This document shows positions 12,085 through 16,271 of a stretch of DNA of 16,271 nt, piece by piece. The position numbers and the translations under genes were made by a program. Numbering within the stretch: position 1 is the first letter of the stretch; each line of letters opens with the position of its first letter. Below the pieces are notes generated by a model. That model was not told the origin of the DNA. It saw nothing but the letters and a program-made list of their open reading frames with translations, and did not search any database. The stretch lies in sequence record KY563228.1; one strand, written 5' to 3'.

Positions 12085-14529
12085 ATGAAGTGGGGGCCAT
12101 CTTTACTACTACTAACCCTCTTACTCTTACCTATCTTCTTCTTACCAACAAACGGTGTTATAACCGGGCCTCATCCATACTTTGACGGCGGAGGAGGTTT
12201 TACCGGGCCTTTCTTCAAATACTCTAACACAATTCAAGTTGGATCCTCTACTTTTTCTTCTAAATACAATGGTTCAACCCTTTCTACCGCACCATGGCTT
12301 AACCCAACTTACGTTTCGATATACAACACTTACTACCTTCAAGTTTTACCGAATCAACAGTACATTTCAAATAACGTATCTCTTTCTCTTTCATCATCAC
12401 AAATCGCTCTAAACGTCACATGGTTATTAGCGTCTTCCAGTAATTCCGGATCCTACGGTTCTATCGCAATAGGTTACGGTGTAAATTTTCCTTCAGGATT
12501 TACGGGTAACTATGCACCCGCACCACCTTACGCCTCTGACGGAATTGTAGTTTATTTAGAGAAAGGAGGTTTTCCAACATATAGGCTATTTGTATATTTT
12601 GACGGAGTTAAGCAACTAAATGTTAGTGTGGGTTCTCTGTCTATAGGACAACAAATAGGTTTAGGGTTCTGGTACTTGCCCGCCTCAAACCAACTTTACG
12701 TTTATTACTATAACGGTACTCTAAAGACTTTTTCAATAACGCCGGGTCAAGTTATCAATAATCAATTTTATCCTCTTTCATTGAATACTATAAATAGTAA
12801 TTATGTCATTGATGCTCAAAATGTTGGGCCGGGTTATGGATATGGCCAATGGGTGTTAATATCATACTCAATCTTCCAAACTAAGACATATAGTGCAACA
12901 CTTAGCTATACATCTGTTATTTTAGGCAATGGTATTCAGGCTTTGGCGGGATTTACTGGTGCGTACAACCCTTTAAACGTGTCCACTAATGTGACCTCTT
13001 GGTCTGTTGTAGGTATCGTTAAGGTTGTAAATTATAGTGTTTCAAACTCACAATATTCATTGATAGGTAGTGTGAGTTACTTAACATCAACAAATACTGT
13101 TTACTTCATTCTTAATAATATTTACCCCGCACCTAGTGTAAACACATGGTATCTTAACGTAACGTTAGAGTTTCAGTTTGTAACGCCCTCAAGTACAGTC
13201 TACAAGAATATTACAATTCCGATTTTTGACGGGGGATTTGCGGTTCTTGTCCAAGTAAGCTTACCGCAATCATCATACCTATCAGGTCAAACAATCAGCG
13301 TTTCTAATTCTACAACTATTGAATATCCGCCTAATGCGGGATATTCGTTAGCCTTAAAACCTTTTACGCAAATTAATATTCAGGGGTTGACTAACGGCTT
13401 TGTGCCATTGCCTTATACAATCACACAGACCGTAAGTGTCATAACTACATATTATTACGTTATAAACATACAATTCGGTCAATTCTCTCTAGGTAGTGCT
13501 ACCGGTACGATAACGATATACCCCGTGAGCCAATTACCCGTCATTTTTGTCTCTTCTTATCCTACATCGGTCACCGCGGGTACTAAGGTGACTATAACTT
13601 TTCAATTCACTCTCAATACACCCGTTTCTAACGTAACAATGTCGGCGTTTACTTATTCGACTACTACTTTCGCATGGACTTACGCACAGATAGTTTCATC
13701 TTCATCTCTAATAGAGTTTAAGGGATATTGGCTTAACGCCAGTGATGGGATCATAATCATTACACAAAGTCAAAACTATTTAATTCCCTTCAATTACGTA
13801 GGTTTGACGTTTTATAACAACAGTGTTAACACAATTCAGATCAACATTGTAAATAACGCGTTACAACTGAATGTTAATAATAACGTGCTAAACTTAGCTA
13901 ACTCATCTAAAGTTATAGGATTAGGTTTCTATTACGGTGCGGGGAAGTTAGTGTTAAACTGGTTCTTTGTTAGCGGTATCGTTTTGCAGTCTGCCACTGC
14001 AAATCAGGCGTATACGATTCTCGTAGGTACTTCACTTTCAACATTGTCACAATATACAAATGGATACACGAATGCGTCAGGGTTTGGACAAGTGACAGTG
14101 ACGCTTACATATACTCCTTACGAGTTAGTGGAAATCTATTGGGGCGGATTGCAGAAATACACTATACTCAACATTAGCGTCACTCAGCCTACTACAACTA
14201 CAACTACGACTGTGAATACTACAACAATAAACTACAACTACACTAATCCGTTTAGTAACAACATATCGCCTACATCAACATTATACAACTTCAGTAATGC
14301 CCAACCATGGGCTGAGCTTATAGGGATTGTTGTTACGGTGTTAGTAACTTTACTAGGGTGGAAGTTTGGCGGAAAAGGAGGTGCGTCAGGAGGTGCAGTG
14401 ATGGGGCTAATAATGGTTTCATACTTAGGCTTAGTGCCATGGTACATCTTTTACGTCTTCATTTTCGGCATAGCGTTACTATTAGCGAAAATATTCGTAG
14501 ACAAGTTTATGGGGAGTGATGAAGAATGA
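12085..14529 (+). CDS. vp4: VP4 tail/adsorption glycoprotein, SSV1 C792 homolog (814 aa)
   Basis: Signal peptide; PYFDGGGG; many N-x-S/T sequons; Thr-rich linker; C-terminal TM helices; followed by b78. Confidence 0.93.
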   Translation: MKWGPSLLLLTLLLLPIFFLPTNGVITGPHPYFDGGGGFTGPFFKYSNTIQVGSSTFSSKYNGSTLSTAPWLNPTYVSIYNTYYLQVLPNQQYISNNVSLSLSSSQIALNVTWLLASSSNSGSYGSIAIGYGVNFPSGFTGNYAPAPPYASDGIVVYLEKGGFPTYRLFVYFDGVKQLNVSVGSLSIGQQIGLGFWYLPASNQLYVYYYNGTLKTFSITPGQVINNQFYPLSLNTINSNYVIDAQNVGPGYGYGQWVLISYSIFQTKTYSATLSYTSVILGNGIQALAGFTGAYNPLNVSTNVTSWSVVGIVKVVNYSVSNSQYSLIGSVSYLTSTNTVYFILNNIYPAPSVNTWYLNVTLEFQFVTPSSTVYKNITIPIFDGGFAVLVQVSLPQSSYLSGQTISVSNSTTIEYPPNAGYSLALKPFTQINIQGLTNGFVPLPYTITQTVSVITTYYYVINIQFGQFSLGSATGTITIYPVSQLPVIFVSSYPTSVTAGTKVTITFQFTLNTPVSNVTMSAFTYSTTTFAWTYAQIVSSSSLIEFKGYWLNASDGIIIITQSQNYLIPFNYVGLTFYNNSVNTIQINIVNNALQLNVNNNVLNLANSSKVIGLGFYYGAGKLVLNWFFVSGIVLQSATANQAYTILVGTSLSTLSQYTNGYTNASGFGQVTVTLTYTPYELVEIYWGGLQKYTILNISVTQPTTTTTTTVNTTTINYNYTNPFSNNISPTSTLYNFSNAQPWAELIGIVVTVLVTLLGWKFGGKGGASGGAVMGLIMVSYLGLVPWYIFYVFIFGIALLLAKIFVDKFMGSDEE

Positions 14530-14771
14530 CAGACGCAATTAGTTTAGCCCTTCAAACGGGTTTAGGCCCCGTTATCGCCGTCATCATTATCATAGCAATG
14601 ATGGGTCTGACGTACAAGATGGCGGGCAAAATTCCCGCAATTATAACGGGAATAGCGTCAACTTTCGCACTGATGTTTCTGAACTTTTTGCCGATATTTT
14701 GGGGGATTGCGGTCATATTCGGCTTAATTGCGGGTATGGTTCTAACGGGAGGTGATAGGGATGGGTACTAA
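14526..14771 (+). CDS. b78: Small membrane protein, SSV1 B78 homolog (81 aa)
   Basis: Almost entirely hydrophobic; ATGA overlap with the vp4 stop. Confidence 0.9.
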   Translation: MTDAISLALQTGLGPVIAVIIIIAMMGLTYKMAGKIPAIITGIASTFALMFLNFLPIFWGIAVIFGLIAGMVLTGGDRDGY

Positions 14772-15261
14772 GCTAATAGTCTACGTGTTACTTTTCGATA
14801 TCTTTCTTTCGCTAATGGTAGGTGCTTACGGCGGAATCTCACCGCCGTCAATACCGCCGATACCTAGTTATAGTTTCGATCAAGCTTTAGCCAGTAGTAT
14901 TGTTTGGACTGTAGGATGGCCACCAATCACTTTATGGGGGCCAGTTACACTTATTCCACCGTTTTCGATATTGGGGGCTAATTTTCCGGGGCTAACTTTA
15001 CCGGGTGTAACGATTCCGGGCGTAACACTGTTTAGTATATCGTTTTCATGGTTGGCCCCAATCCTTTATTTTATAGGTTGGTTAACATGGATGTTTCAGA
15101 CAACTGCTAGTGTATTAATGTATCTAATATCTATATTTACTTCTTCCGTGACACTGCTTAGCAGTGTACCGGTAGTAGGGCCATTCCTTACTGCGTTTAT
15201 ACTTATTGTTAATTTCATTCTCATTTGGGAAGTGGTGAAACTGATAAGGGGTGGGCCATGA
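14761..15261 (+). CDS. vp5: VP5, SSV1 C166 homolog (166 aa from ATG 14761)
   Basis: Pro-rich middle and hydrophobic ends. The track's GTG at 14752 lies inside the SD GGAGGTGA; ATG 14761 gives 166 aa. Confidence 0.9.
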   Translation: MGTKLIVYVLLFDIFLSLMVGAYGGISPPSIPPIPSYSFDQALASSIVWTVGWPPITLWGPVTLIPPFSILGANFPGLTLPGVTIPGVTLFSISFSWLAPILYFIGWLTWMFQTTASVLMYLISIFTSSVTLLSSVPVVGPFLTAFILIVNFILIWEVVKLIRGGP

Positions 15262-15596
15262 CTGAGTACAATGCAAACGAAATAAGGGCGAAAATCCTAA
15301 GGAAAAAGATACTGCAGTTAATCGCCGAAAACTACGTGCTGTCAGCATCACTTATCTCTCACACACTCTTACTCTCATACGCCACAGTGCTGAGGCATTT
15401 GAGGGTTTTAAACGAGGAAGGCTATATAGAGCTGTATAAACAAGGTAGGACATTGTATGCAAAAATTAAAGAGAACTCTAAACAAATTCAGATTCTGAAT
15501 TCAGAACTAGGGGGGTTTAAAAAGCTTAGTGATAAGCCCCTATTGACCAAGGATGGGTGTTTGGTCAAAGTTAAAGATAGTAAAGGAGGCAATTAA
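15258..15596 (+). CDS. b115: Winged-helix regulator, SSV1 B115 homolog (112 aa from ATG 15258)
   Basis: ILQLIAENYVLSASLISHTLLLSYATVLRHLRVLNEEGYIEL wHTH; ATGA overlap with the vp5 stop. Confidence 0.92.
   Translation: MTEYNANEIRAKILRKKILQLIAENYVLSASLISHTLLLSYATVLRHLRVLNEEGYIELYKQGRTLYAKIKENSKQIQILNSELGGFKKLSDKPLLTKDGCLVKVKDSKGGN
15493..15523 (+). promoter_or_regulatory. T1/T2-like vp1 promoter inside b115, preceded by a 14-bp palindrome
   Basis: GGGGGG-TTTAAAAA (TATA at 15516-15523) about 30 nt above ATG 15553; TTCTGAATTCAGAA at 15493-15506. Confidence 0.8.
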
Positions 15597-15969
15597 AGTA
15601 GTAAAAGACCCTTACAAGTATTTCACTGAAGAGCAGATAGCCGAGGCTGTTAAGTTATTCTATCAAGCATGGGATGGCAATATTGTTAGATCGGCAAAGA
15701 GGTTTGTAGAGTTAGCACAGAGCAATCCTAAACTTGTAAAGGCTGAGGGAAGCCTCAACGTAGGCATCCTTATAGGGCTATTCATCTTTATATTAATAGG
15801 AATAGTGCTATTGCCCGTCATCACGTCAGAAGTCACCAACCTCACAAGTGGCACATCGCCTCAGGTTACCGGTACTGACGCCACACTCCTACAATTAGTG
15901 CCATTGTTCTACATCTTGGTTTTGATCATAGTACCGGCTGTGATAGCCTACAAGATCTATAAAGAATAA
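15553..15969 (+). CDS. vp1: Major capsid protein VP1 precursor (138 aa), probably processed at Glu65
   Basis: Two hydrophobic helices ([20 protein letters not shown] and [24 protein letters not shown]); conserved Glu (KAE-GSLN) ahead of the mature domain. Confidence 0.97.
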   Translation: MGVWSKLKIVKEAIKVVKDPYKYFTEEQIAEAVKLFYQAWDGNIVRSAKRFVELAQSNPKLVKAEGSLNVGILIGLFIFILIGIVLLPVITSEVTNLTSGTSPQVTGTDATLLQLVPLFYILVLIIVPAVIAYKIYKE

Positions 15970-15983
15970 AGGGGCGGAAAGGG

Positions 15984-16271
15984 ATGGAGGCAAACATTAA
16001 GACAATAATTTTTTTGTTTATCTTCATCTTAATCGGGATAGTCTTATTCCAGCCAATTTATTCGGAAGTCGTTTATGTCACGACGTCAGGTACTTACACT
16101 ACATATACGACAGTATCAGGCACTGTAACAGAAACTACAAGTAGCTTTGTCCCTAACCCCGCGTACGTAGGCTCAAGTAACGCCCCTATTGTGGCGTTAG
16201 TACCGCTTTTCTATATACTTGTACTGATAATCGTACCGGCGGTTGTAGCGTATAAAATCTACAAAGACTGA
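15984..16271 (+). CDS. vp3: Minor capsid protein VP3 (95 aa)
   Basis: Paralog of mature VP1, sharing [11 protein letters not shown] and [16 protein letters not shown]; directly downstream of vp1. Confidence 0.97.
   Translation: MEANIKTIIFLFIFILIGIVLFQPIYSEVVYVTTSGTYTTYTTVSGTVTETTSSFVPNPAYVGSSNAPIVALVPLFYILVLIIVPAVVAYKIYKD

Larger units (their letters stand above)
1..16271. mobile_element. Complete circular fusellovirus (SSV-like) genome, probably SSV10/SSV-L1 or a close relative
   Basis: Full SSV core gene set in canonical order (vp1, vp3, vp4, vp5, integrase with internal attP, B251 ATPase, B129, A79, C80). The last base is the vp3 stop and the first bases are the a82 promoter. Strain identity is from recollection of genome length and ORF sizes only. 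Confidence 0.95.

Noticed and set aside
12182-12412. 76-aa alternative-frame ORF in vp4
   Set aside because: Fully nested in vp4 with a TTG start; composition reflects vp4 codon bias.
14189-14241. ACTACA-type repeats in vp4 (and at 1344-1380 in b277)
   Set aside because: Explained by Thr-rich linker coding.
14238-14447. 69-aa minus-strand ORF
   Set aside because: Antisense shadow of the vp4 TM-coding region.
14500-14540. vp4-b78 frameshift fusion
   Set aside because: An ordinary ATGA overlap with GGGGAGTGA upstream and no clear slippery heptamer; separate translation is the simpler reading.
15124-15351. 75-aa minus-strand ORF
   Set aside because: Antisense to vp5/b115, with no support.
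15663-15854. 63-aa minus-strand ORF
   Set aside because: Antisense shadow of vp1.

Overview
The window looks like a complete circular genome of an archaeal fusellovirus (Sulfolobus spindle-shaped virus, SSV). The vp3 stop codon is the last base, and base 1 begins the promoter of a82, so the ends join without a gap. Gene order follows the SSV plan. It starts with a82/c84/a92/b277/c102a/a154/b251 (ATPase), followed by a minus-strand tyrosine integrase carrying attP (3' half of tRNA-Gly CCC). Next is a minus-strand early operon with a PD-(D/E)XK-like nuclease, D63, RHH and wHTH regulators and E73. A plus-strand early operon then encodes A100, C80, the A79 and B129 zinc fingers and a Cas4-like nuclease. 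After a secreted A291-family protein comes the structural module vp4, b78, vp5(c166), b115, vp1, vp3. There is no vp2 and no room for a UV-inducible Tind/b49 locus. From memory, the length and ORF sizes fit SSV10 (SSV-L1); this and all SSV1/SSV-RH homolog names are recalled, not searched, and need BLAST confirmation. The observations most worth following up are: two separate ~200-240 bp nested dyad-symmetry elements with iterated short motifs (4371-4644 and 6387-6701), both origin-like; a promoter-bounded cassette of a secreted A291-family protein plus a small membrane protein, a candidate toxin/immunity module; twin palindromes flanking attP; and three small ORFs missed by the ORF track.
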